From: Candidatus Latescibacterota bacterium
GTDB lineage: Bacteria; Latescibacterota; UBA2968; GCA-2709665
Length of the DNA: 64,000 nucleotides
Direction: 5' to 3'
Assembly: GCA_965222075.1 (NCBI GenBank)
Contig: OZ244937.1
Span: 1,472,001 to 1,536,000, forward strand
Below the pieces are notes generated by a model. The model did no database searches. It was not told the origin of the DNA and saw only the letters and a program-made list of their open reading frames with translations. How positions within the stretch are numbered: the stretch's first letter is position 1; every line of letters starts with the position of its first letter. This document shows positions 26,725-35,400 of the stretch, piece by piece. The position numbers and the translations under genes were made by a program.

Positions 26725-29700
26725 GTGCTCAACCGAATCATCGAAGCAAGTCTCCGTAACCGTTTCCTGATCGTCCTTGGAACGTTGTTCGCCATTGGGT
26801 GGGGGATCTACGCAGTGTGGAACACCCCCTTAGACGCGATTCCGGACCTGTCGGACGTGCAGGTGATTATCCTTACGGAGTATCCCGGGCAGGCGCCCCA
26901 GGTGGTGGAAGACCAGATCACCTATCCGTTGACCACCGCGATGCTGGCGGTGCCCTTTGCCAAGGCCGTGCGGGGCTACTCCTTTTTCGGGCTGTCGTTC
27001 GTCTACGTCATCTTCGAAGACGGCACGGACATGTACTGGGCGCGCAGCCGGGTGCTGGAGTACCTCAACTTCGTCTCGGGCCGCCTGCCCGGGGGCGTCA
27101 CCCCCTCGCTCGGTCCGGATGCGACGGGCGTGGGCTGGGTCTACGAATACGTTCTGGAGGACACCACGGGGAAACACGACCTGGCCGAACTCCGCTCAAT
27201 CCAGGACTGGTACCTGCGCTACGAACTGACCGGTGTGCCCGGTGTGTCGGAGGTGGCCAGCATCGGCGGCTTTGTGAAACAGTACCAGGTCACCGTGGAC
27301 CCGAACAGGCTGCTGGCCTACAACATCCCCCTGCAGAAGATCCGGACGGCAATCCGGCGCAGCAACAACGACGTGGGGGGACGGTTGATCGAAATGGGCG
27401 AGACGGAATTTATGGTGCGCGGCCTGGGCTACATCAACTCCCTGGACGACATCCGCAGCGTTCCGGTCGGCGTGGACGCCGGTGGGACGCCGATCCGGGT
27501 GCGGGACATCGCCACCGTACAGCTTGGGCCGGAACTGCGGCGGGGGCTGGCCGAGTGGAACGGACAGGGAGAGGTCGTCGGCGGCATCGTGGTCATGCGC
27601 TACGGAGAAAATGCCTTAGCCGTGATCGACCGGGTAAAAGAAAAGATCGAATCTCTCAAACCCGGTCTGCCCGAGGGCGTGGTCATCCGAACCGCCTACG
27701 ATCGGTCGGCATTGATCCTGCGGGCGATCGACAATCTCAAGGGAAAACTGATCGAAGAGAGCGCGGTGGTGGCCCTCGTCTGCATCCTCTTCCTGCTCCA
27801 CTTACGCAGCGCCTTCGTGGCAATCGTCACCCTGCCCGTGGGCATCCTGATCTCCTTTGCGATCATGCACAACCAGGGGATCAACGCGAACATCATGTCC
27901 TTAGGCGGCATCGCCATCGCCATTGGAGCGATGGTGGACGCGGCCATCGTCATGATCGAAAACGCGCACAAACACATCGAACGGGATGCGGGAAAAAAGG
28001 ACCACTGGGAGATCATCCTGGACGCCTCTAAGGAAGTGGGACCGGCGCTGTTCTACTCCCTGCTGATCATCACCCTCTCCTTCCTGCCGGTCTTCACGCT
28101 GCAGGCGCAGGAGGGCAGGCTGTTCAAACCCCTGGCGTTTACCAAAACCTACGCGATGGCCGCCTCCGCGCTCCTGGCGATTACGATTGTGCCGGTGCTG
28201 ATGGGCTTCTTCATCCGGGGCCGGATTCTGCCTGAGCGCAAGAACCCGATCAACCGACTCCTGATTCGGATCTACCGGCCCGCGATCGACTGGGTGCTGC
28301 GTCACAAGATCGCCACCATCGTCCTGGCCGGCCTTATGCTGTTTGTCACCGTCTTTCCGTTCGGGAGCATGGTCCTGTCCCACTTTTCCGACCTGCCTGT
28401 GCGCCGCACGCAGACAGGTCACCTCCAAAGCCTGAGCTACCGTGCCCTGGTGAAAGTAGACCGGCTTTTTCCTTTAGAGAAGATCGGCTCGGAGTTTATG
28501 CCCCCCCTCTACGAAGGCGACCTGCTCTACATGCCCACCACCCTGCCCGGCATCTCCGTCACAAAGGCCCGGGAACTCCTGCAGCAAACCGACAAGATCA
28601 TCCGCACCTTCCCGGAGGTACACCACGTATTCGGGAAGATCGGGCGGGCGGAAACGGCCACGGACCCGGCCCCTCTGTCCATGATCGAGACCACGATCAT
28701 GCTCAAGCCGGAAAGCGGGTGGCGGCCGGGGATGACGCCGGAAAAGCTGGTGGACGCCCTCAACGAGGCCATCCGGTTCCCCGGCCTGACGAACGCCTGG
28801 ACGATGCCAATCAAAACCCGGATTGATATGCTTTCAACCGGCATCAAGACCCCGGTGGGGATCAAGGTTGCAGGGGACAACCTGGAGACACTGCAGCGGT
28901 TGGGCAAACAGATCGAAGACGTGGTGCGGAACCTGCCGGGCACCCTGAGCGTGTTCGCCGAGCGGGTGGTCGGCGGGAACTACCTGGACTTTGAAATCGA
29001 CCGGGAGGAGGCCGCACGCTACGGGCTTACCGTGGGAGACGTGCAGGACATCATCATGTCGGCCGTAGGCGGCATGAACATCACCCACACCGTGGAGGGA
29101 CGGGAGCGATACCCGGTGAACCTGCGCTACGGCCGGGAACTGCGGGACAACCTCCCGGCGCTGCGCCGGGTGCTGGTGCCCACGCCCATGGGAGCGCAGG
29201 TACCGATCGGACAGCTTGCGGCTATCCACATCCGGAAGGGCCCGCCGGGCATCAAGAGTGAAAATGCCCGCCTGAATGCCTGGGTCTACGTGGACATCAA
29301 GAACATCGACGTGGGGACCTACGTGGGACGGGCGCAGCAGGCGGTGCTGGAGCACGTGCAGATGCCGCCCGGCTACACCGTGATCTGGAGCGGGCAGTAC
29401 GAGTATATGCAGCGGGCTGAGAAGCGGTTGAAAGTGGTCGTCCCCGTAACGTTGGGAATCATCTTCCTGCTGCTGTTCCTGAACTTTCGGAATGTAGTCG
29501 AAAGCCTGATCGTCATGCTTTCCCTGCCCTTCGCGCTGGTCGGTGGCATCTGGCTCATGTACCTGCTGGACTACAACATGAGCGTGGCCGTAGGGGTAGG
29601 CTTTATCGCATTGGGCGGGGTGGCCGCAGAGACGGGGGTGATCATGCTGATCTACTTAGACCACGCCTACGAGGCGATACGCCGCGAAAAGGGCGCCCGG

Positions 29701-29964
29701 ATGGGACCGAAAGACCTCTACGAAGCGATTATGATCGGAGCCGTGGAACGGGTACGGCCCAAAATGATGACCGTCACGGCGATCATGGCCGGGTTGCTCC
29801 CGATCATGTGGGGCCACGGCGCCGGGTCTCAGGTGATGAAGCGCATCGCCGCGCCGATGGTGGGCGGAATGATCTCGTCCACGATTCTGACCCTGTTGGT
29901 CATCCCCGCGATCTATGCCCTCTGGAAGGGGTGGGAGCTGCGCCGGACAAAAAATAGTGAATGA
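26725..29964 (+). CDS. cusA: CusA/CzcA family heavy metal efflux RND transporter (Cu/Ag type)
   Basis: DAIPDLSDVQVI, YWARSRVLEYL, GAMVDAAIVMIEN, EGDLLYMP, DPAPLSMIET, RVRPKMMT. Confidence 0.95.
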   Translation: MLNRIIEASLRNRFLIVLGTLFAIGWGIYAVWNTPLDAIPDLSDVQVIILTEYPGQAPQVVEDQITYPLTTAMLAVPFAKAVRGYSFFGLSFVYVIFEDGTDMYWARSRVLEYLNFVSGRLPGGVTPSLGPDATGVGWVYEYVLEDTTGKHDLAELRSIQDWYLRYELTGVPGVSEVASIGGFVKQYQVTVDPNRLLAYNIPLQKIRTAIRRSNNDVGGRLIEMGETEFMVRGLGYINSLDDIRSVPVGVDAGGTPIRVRDIATVQLGPELRRGLAEWNGQGEVVGGIVVMRYGENALAVIDRVKEKIESLKPGLPEGVVIRTAYDRSALILRAIDNLKGKLIEESAVVALVCILFLLHLRSAFVAIVTLPVGILISFAIMHNQGINANIMSLGGIAIAIGAMVDAAIVMIENAHKHIERDAGKKDHWEIILDASKEVGPALFYSLLIITLSFLPVFTLQAQEGRLFKPLAFTKTYAMAASALLAITIVPVLMGFFIRGRILPERKNPINRLLIRIYRPAIDWVLRHKIATIVLAGLMLFVTVFPFGSMVLSHFSDLPVRRTQTGHLQSLSYRALVKVDRLFPLEKIGSEFMPPLYEGDLLYMPTTLPGISVTKARELLQQTDKIIRTFPEVHHVFGKIGRAETATDPAPLSMIETTIMLKPESGWRPGMTPEKLVDALNEAIRFPGLTNAWTMPIKTRIDMLSTGIKTPVGIKVAGDNLETLQRLGKQIEDVVRNLPGTLSVFAERVVGGNYLDFEIDREEAARYGLTVGDVQDIIMSAVGGMNITHTVEGRERYPVNLRYGRELRDNLPALRRVLVPTPMGAQVPIGQLAAIHIRKGPPGIKSENARLNAWVYVDIKNIDVGTYVGRAQQAVLEHVQMPPGYTVIWSGQYEYMQRAEKRLKVVVPVTLGIIFLLLFLNFRNVVESLIVMLSLPFALVGGIWLMYLLDYNMSVAVGVGFIALGGVAAETGVIMLIYLDHAYEAIRREKGARMGPKDLYEAIMIGAVERVRPKMMTVTAIMAGLLPIMWGHGAGSQVMKRIAAPMVGGMISSTILTLLVIPAIYALWKGWELRRTKNSE
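28392..28418. repeat. CCTGCCTG-family palindromic element, 27 bp, in frame inside cusA (LPVRRTQTG)
   Basis: CCTGCCTGTGCGCCGCACGCAGACAGG, near-identical to the intergenic copy at 20967. Confidence 0.8.
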
Positions 29965-30035
29965 TCAAACACAGTAATGATGTATCTTAAAAGCAAACAT
30001 CCGCCGGATTCATACACTTTAACGGAGGTTATACC

Positions 30036-30395
30036 ATGCGTTTTTACATCTTTTCACTCCTATCCGCAGGACTGCTGGCGCTCTCCCTCTCCGCGCTCAA
30101 CTCCTGCGCCACAAAAACCGAGGCGAAAGTCGCCGAAATCAAGCTTCCCACGATTCAGTGTGGGGCCTGCGTAAAAACGGTTTCCAAGGCCCTTGAGAAC
30201 ACCGAAGGCGTAAAAGAGGTCAACGTGGACCTGAAAAAAAAGCTGGCCAGGGTAACCTACCTGCCGGACCGGACCGACCTCACCAGCCTGGAGCAGGCCG
30301 TGGCCAGGGCCGGCTACGATGCGAACAGCACCAGGTGCGACCCCGAGGCCTACGCCAGCCTCCCCGACTGCTGCAAGCTTCCGGACGCGAAATAA
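30036..30395 (+). CDS. exported heavy-metal-associated (HMA) domain protein, probably a lipoprotein
   Basis: Signal with LNSC, IQCGAC metal motif, C-terminal AY..LPDCCK. Confidence 0.88.
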   Translation: MRFYIFSLLSAGLLALSLSALNSCATKTEAKVAEIKLPTIQCGACVKTVSKALENTEGVKEVNVDLKKKLARVTYLPDRTDLTSLEQAVARAGYDANSTRCDPEAYASLPDCCKLPDAK

Positions 30396-30440
30396 CGCAC
30401 ATCCAGACCGGATCGATGGAAATCTCCCGCATCACCTCCT

Positions 30441-31847
30441 TCATTGAGCAGCTTTCTTAAGCCGCCGGGTCGCCCACAGGTTCCAACCCAGGATAGCCAC
30501 GGCGGTCCAGCTCAGAAGCCCTGAAATGCCAAAGGCGGCCATTGAAACCATCAGGCCGCCGGGCACACGGTCCAGGAGGTCGCTCAGAACCAGCGGCCCC
30601 ACCCGGAAGAACGCGGCCGCTCCGGCGACCCAGAAGGTGACCGCGACCAGCGCCGGGTAAGCGACCCGCCGTTTGTGGAGGAATCCCGGGACCATGCGTG
30701 GGGCCATTCCGAAAATCAGGAGGGAGATGAAGCCGGCGAGGTAGATATGACGGACCGCGTCCGGGCCTGCCGGGGAAGGCATCCCGCCCAGGGCGGCCAG
30801 GCCGGCGATGCATTCGAGTCCAGCGCCCAGGGCCAGCCAGGCGTAGGCAGCGTAGAGCAGCCACTCGAAGCGGCCGAATTCCCCGTAGTCAGGCAGCCCT
30901 TTTCGGGTAGGGCGACGGTCGGGACCGGGCGCTCCGATGCGCTTGCTTGTCCAGGGGGAACGTCTCCGGAAAAGGATGTCGAGTTTCCAGATAAAGCAGA
31001 GGAGCGTTCCCCCTTTGAAGGCTCCTCCGAAGCTGGAAAAGAGGCGACCGATCCCTTCCTGTTCCGGAAAGAGGTTCAAGAGTTCGATCAGGACTGGCAG
31101 CTGCTCCAGGGTAAGGGCCAGAAGGTAGACAATGCCGATCCCCCGTACCGGCCAGTCTGCTGCTGGAAGGCGGAGATAGAGGGGGAAAGTCCGAATAGAA
31201 AAGGCCATGGCGACCGGGAGCAGCACCAGGCCAACGAAAAGGCCGATCCCAAAACGGTTCCAGGCGATCCGTACGAGGGTGTTTCCCTCGTAGGCGGCAA
31301 ACAGGACCAGAGTGCTGCTAATAGCAGTGTAGAACACCCACCCGCAGACGGCCATCAGGAGGAAGATGCGCACAGAGCGCAGGGCCGGCCGATGCCGGGC
31401 TGCCCGGCGGACCGTTCCCACCAGCAAAATGAGGTAGAACCCTACGCCGATGGCCTCTGCAGTCCCGGAGAGCCCCATCACCCAGCGGAGGCCGAGGCGC
31501 ACGGTCTCTGAGGGGTAACTGTGGAGCAGCGGCTGCGCGAGCGTCCTGAAAAGAATACCGAAGGTAAGAAAAGCACAGGTCCAGGGGAGCAGCCGGGGAA
31601 AGCGGAGAGACACACCGGCCAGGCGAGGGACAAAGTAGAGACTGACGCCGATGATGAAGAGGCCGGTCCACCCCATAAGCTGCGCGTGTCCGTGGGCCTG
31701 AAGCATCGCCGCCCACCAGTTACCCATGGACAGGTCAAACCCGATCATCACCGCCAGCACGGCCGCATAGCCAAACCCGGCGGTGAGGGCGATGCCGATT
31801 GCGGCCAGGACGAAGCCAAACTCGAATTCCGTATATTTCAACATCAT
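30441..31847 (-). CDS. NnrS-like polytopic membrane protein
   Basis: QAHGHAQLMGW, DAVRH..LAGF...IFGMAPRMVPGF; many TM helices. Confidence 0.7.
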   Translation of the reverse strand: MMLKYTEFEFGFVLAAIGIALTAGFGYAAVLAVMIGFDLSMGNWWAAMLQAHGHAQLMGWTGLFIIGVSLYFVPRLAGVSLRFPRLLPWTCAFLTFGILFRTLAQPLLHSYPSETVRLGLRWVMGLSGTAEAIGVGFYLILLVGTVRRAARHRPALRSVRIFLLMAVCGWVFYTAISSTLVLFAAYEGNTLVRIAWNRFGIGLFVGLVLLPVAMAFSIRTFPLYLRLPAADWPVRGIGIVYLLALTLEQLPVLIELLNLFPEQEGIGRLFSSFGGAFKGGTLLCFIWKLDILFRRRSPWTSKRIGAPGPDRRPTRKGLPDYGEFGRFEWLLYAAYAWLALGAGLECIAGLAALGGMPSPAGPDAVRHIYLAGFISLLIFGMAPRMVPGFLHKRRVAYPALVAVTFWVAGAAAFFRVGPLVLSDLLDRVPGGLMVSMAAFGISGLLSWTAVAILGWNLWATRRLKKAAQ

Positions 31848-31985
31848 ATCCCCTATACCTTACGTCTCGTCGGTGAACGTGCTCTCGATGTCCCCCCAAC
31901 GTGCGTGTACCGTCAGGCAAGATGTGGCATAAGATACGGAAGTTGGGAGTTGGAATCCAGAAGGAAATCCCATCGAGAGGTTGGT

Positions 31986-32711
31986 ATGACCCTTAAAAAG
32001 CTGCTTGTCTTTCAACATCTTGAGGTTGAACATCCCGGTCTCTTTCGTGAGTTTTTTGCCGAGGACGGTATTGAATGGGATGTTGTGGAACTGGATGCGG
32101 GTGAGCGCATCCCGAATTTGGACACCTATGACGCGCTATGGGTGATGGGCGGGCCCATGGATGTGTGGCAGGAAGAGGCGTACCCCTGGTTGATTGAGGA
32201 GAAAGCGGCCATTCGATATGCGGTGACCGAGGTAAAGATGCCGTTTGTCGGCATCTGTCTGGGGCACCAGTTGCTGGCTGCAGCCCTGGGCGGCAAGGTG
32301 GGTTTGAACGCGCAGCCTGAGGTGGGGGTGATGGATATAACGCTGACGCGGGCGGGTAAGAAGAGTGGGTTTTACAGAGGATTTCCCGACAGGTTGCCCT
32401 GTTTGCAGTGGCATAGCGCGGCGGTGAAGTCCGTGCCCGATGATCTGGAGGTTCTTGCGACGTCCGGGCTGTGCCCGGTTCAATCCCTGAGCAGGGGCAA
32501 ACGCGTGATTACCACCCAGTTTCATATTGAGATTACGGAGGAGACCATCAAAGAATGGGATGCGGTGCCGGCTTATCACAGGGCCTTGCTGGATACGCTG
32601 GGCGAAGATGCGATACTGGATTTCGAGCAGGCTGTGATGGATTATCTGGACGTTTTTCGGGGTTACGCGAGGCAGTTTTATGAGAATTGGAAGCGGAGTG
32701 TTGAAGGGTGA
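31986..32711 (+). CDS. type 1 glutamine amidotransferase (GMP synthase-like)
   Basis: VFQH...HPG, MGGPM, GICLGHQL, QWHS, QFHIE; start ATG 31986 after GAGG. Confidence 0.92.
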   Translation: MTLKKLLVFQHLEVEHPGLFREFFAEDGIEWDVVELDAGERIPNLDTYDALWVMGGPMDVWQEEAYPWLIEEKAAIRYAVTEVKMPFVGICLGHQLLAAALGGKVGLNAQPEVGVMDITLTRAGKKSGFYRGFPDRLPCLQWHSAAVKSVPDDLEVLATSGLCPVQSLSRGKRVITTQFHIEITEETIKEWDAVPAYHRALLDTLGEDAILDFEQAVMDYLDVFRGYARQFYENWKRSVEG

Positions 32712-32770
32712 GGCCGCCGGGCCTGAGTGGGGACGTGCGACGTATTTGATGTGACAAATATGCACTGAAC

Positions 32771-32804
32771 TGCAAAAATATCAAGACAATTTTGCAACTT
32801 GATA
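32771..32804. promoter_or_regulatory. overlapping inverted repeats, candidate operator
   Basis: TGCAAAA-N12-TTTTGCA and TATCAAG-N12-CTTGATA just upstream of the FAD oxidoreductase RBS. Confidence 0.45.
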
Positions 32805-32837
32805 CAAAAATGTCGAACAGAAAAGGAGGCATGATCG

Positions 32838-34100
32838 GTGCCTGAAAGTCTCAAATTCGATGTGCTCGTCTGTGGCGCTGGAAGTGCGGGCGTAGTGGCT
32901 GCACTCGCAGCTGCCAGGTGTGGCGCGAAGACCCTGGTGGTCGAACGAGCGCCATTTGCAGGCGGCATCGTAACTGCGGCGGGTCTGCCTTACTTTGACG
33001 GCATCGCACACGCGGAGTCAGAGAAAATCGTGGTCAAAGGCATCCCGCTCGAAATCGCTATTGCGATGAACCTCTGTCGCAAAGGGGATACACACCTGAG
33101 ACCGCACAACCCGCGCATCCGAAATGTGGAGCAATTCAAGCGCTTGACGGACGACCTTCTGACTTCGCACGAAAACCTGCAGGTGCTTTTTCATACATCG
33201 GTCTGCCATGTCGAATCGGAGGGTGGTCGGATCAAACGGGTCATGATCGCAAACAAGGACGGCCTTGTGTCGGTTGAAGCCAGACAGGTCATCGACACAA
33301 CAGGTGACGGAGACATCGCCGCCTGGGCGGGTGCCGAGGTCCAAAAAAACGACCCATTGATGCCAATGACCATGCACTTCCGCGTCGGCCATGTGCAGTG
33401 CAACCAGCCAGGGATCGGCGGGCGTGCGCGGGAACATCTGATCCGCGCCCAGGAGAAAGGCGATCTGCCCATGTTCTACGGCCCCGGTATCAATTTCGCC
33501 TTTGCCGACGACGAGGCTTATTTCCATGCGGTTCGCGTCAGGGGCGATGCCACAGACGCTGCTGACCTGACGCGCGCGGAAATACAGGGACGCAAAGACG
33601 CCTGGACCATATTCCGAATCTTAAAAAACAATCTACCCGAATTTAAAGAGGCCTACTTCATCAGCAGCGGCCCCTATATCGGCATTCGAGAAACCCGCCG
33701 ACTGGTCGGCCAGATCGTTCTCACAGAAGATGACATCACACGGGGAAGAACATTCGACGATGCGATTGCCACAGGCTGCTGGTATCTCGACGTACACCCA
33801 AACAAAACAACCCTGGGTTCGGCAAATGAAGCGGCGCACGTGCAACCCGACCCCTATGACATTCCGTATCGGGCACTGTTGCCGAAGGAAATTTCAAACC
33901 TGATCGTAGCAGGACGATGTCACTCGGCAACTGCCGGCGCTGCGAGTTCCACGCGTGTGAACGTAACGGCAATGGCAATGGGCCAGGCTGCAGGAACGGC
34001 GGCTGCACGTGCGGTTAAAAAAGCGGATGACGTGGGATTGCTCAATGGGATAGAAGTCCGGTCCCTTCTCGAAACGCAAGGAGCCGGTCCCGTACCGTGA
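32838..34100 (+). CDS. FAD-dependent oxidoreductase (FAD_oxidored type)
   Basis: DVLVCGAGSAG, IDTTGDGD, GIRETRR, YDIPYRALLP, AMGQAAG. Confidence 0.9.
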   Translation: MPESLKFDVLVCGAGSAGVVAALAAARCGAKTLVVERAPFAGGIVTAAGLPYFDGIAHAESEKIVVKGIPLEIAIAMNLCRKGDTHLRPHNPRIRNVEQFKRLTDDLLTSHENLQVLFHTSVCHVESEGGRIKRVMIANKDGLVSVEARQVIDTTGDGDIAAWAGAEVQKNDPLMPMTMHFRVGHVQCNQPGIGGRAREHLIRAQEKGDLPMFYGPGINFAFADDEAYFHAVRVRGDATDAADLTRAEIQGRKDAWTIFRILKNNLPEFKEAYFISSGPYIGIRETRRLVGQIVLTEDDITRGRTFDDAIATGCWYLDVHPNKTTLGSANEAAHVQPDPYDIPYRALLPKEISNLIVAGRCHSATAGAASSTRVNVTAMAMGQAAGTAAARAVKKADDVGLLNGIEVRSLLETQGAGPVP

Positions 34101-34117
34101 TGATCGCCGATTTCGGT

Positions 34118-35326
34118 TCATAAATACCGCTCGGCCGTAAACTCGACCTTGAGCTGTCGGCCGTCCATCTCACCCATCGGCAGGCCGGGAACCAGGTGCA
34201 GCGTCTCAAGAGGCAGAATTTCCTGAACCGCCGCCTTGAAGCCCTCTGCAGCGGCCCGATTGCCCGCATATGCGACAACCGAACAAACGTCCGCTGAGGT
34301 CAGCCCCTGCTCGGCCATCACCCCCCCGATACGCTCGACCACCTGGCGGGCCTCTTGTTCGGGCGTTGTCCCAACACGCCCTCGAATTTCACCCGCCTGG
34401 ACGAGCTCCCTATCCCGACTCCGGGCCCTCCGCACAACCAGCGCGTCGTCCATGCCCGCCTTCGGAGGGGGAAGCTGCTCGTGTGTCACCTCTAAATCGC
34501 CGTCGCCAACCATCCCCATCACCTGAATCTCCGTAAACAGCCCCTCCTCCCCCCAGAAATCCACCCCATCGGCAATCAGCATCGTCGGCGGTATGCAGTC
34601 CTCCCAGAACCGCTCCACCTCTTCCCGGACAATTCCGGCGACCTCGGCATTCAGCGTGAACGGACGAAGCCGGACCACGTCTTCCCGCGAGCCGCCGAGT
34701 TCCTCAAAAACCGCCCCGATCATCTCGAACACCCGCCGGACCTGCGCGCGTGGATCGTCCATAAACAGCAACTTGATCTCATCGGTCCATGCCACAACGC
34801 CGGACAGATAAACCACGCGGGCCCCGCCAAAACGGCTGATCACAGCCGGCGCCAGTCCCAGAAACTCCGTATCGTAAAGCGTTTCGGGTTGCACCGCAAC
34901 CTGCTCAAAACTCAACCCGGGTGCTCTGGGGATATATGCTGTCGCCTGAACCCGCGCGCTCCACCGGCTCTCCGAATCGATCCAGGGAAGCGTCGTAATC
35001 GCAGACCGGTACCCCTCGCCGAAGCGGGCAAGCCGCTTGACCCGGATATCGGCCAAATCGTACCCCGCCCCGTGGACCACCGTCCACTCGCCAAACGAGC
35101 GGAAATCCCCGCCGTATCCGGACGCGACCTCCGCAAGCGTCTCACAGATCGCCACGCTCTGCGCGCCGGACCAGGCCTGGGGAACATCCTCAGCATCCAC
35201 ATCCGGAGGCAACCGGGCGCCAAGCCCGTTGACATCGATCCGGACCACCTCGCCCAGATGCGTCTTCTTAACCGCCATCTGTTCTCGAACGTCGGGTGCA
35301 GCAGGTGCTTCATCCGCAACTGTCAA
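34118..35326 (-). CDS. hypothetical protein with RidA/YjgF-like domain(s)
   Basis: VYLSG...AQVRRVFEMIGAVFEELGGSREDVVRL...EIQ; similar degenerate segment near the C-terminus. Confidence 0.55.
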   Translation of the reverse strand: MTVADEAPAAPDVREQMAVKKTHLGEVVRIDVNGLGARLPPDVDAEDVPQAWSGAQSVAICETLAEVASGYGGDFRSFGEWTVVHGAGYDLADIRVKRLARFGEGYRSAITTLPWIDSESRWSARVQATAYIPRAPGLSFEQVAVQPETLYDTEFLGLAPAVISRFGGARVVYLSGVVAWTDEIKLLFMDDPRAQVRRVFEMIGAVFEELGGSREDVVRLRPFTLNAEVAGIVREEVERFWEDCIPPTMLIADGVDFWGEEGLFTEIQVMGMVGDGDLEVTHEQLPPPKAGMDDALVVRRARSRDRELVQAGEIRGRVGTTPEQEARQVVERIGGVMAEQGLTSADVCSVVAYAGNRAAAEGFKAAVQEILPLETLHLVPGLPMGEMDGRQLKVEFTAERYL

Positions 35327-35400
35327 AACAGATTCTCCTCAAGAAAAGCATCAGCTGACACATCAGCGCCAAATCGCACGTCCGGGTCACGCGCGACTTT

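Noticed and set aside
31521-31985. Long N-terminal extension of the glutamine amidotransferase ORF
   Set aside because: Overlaps the NnrS-like gene on the other strand; the real start with RBS is at 31986
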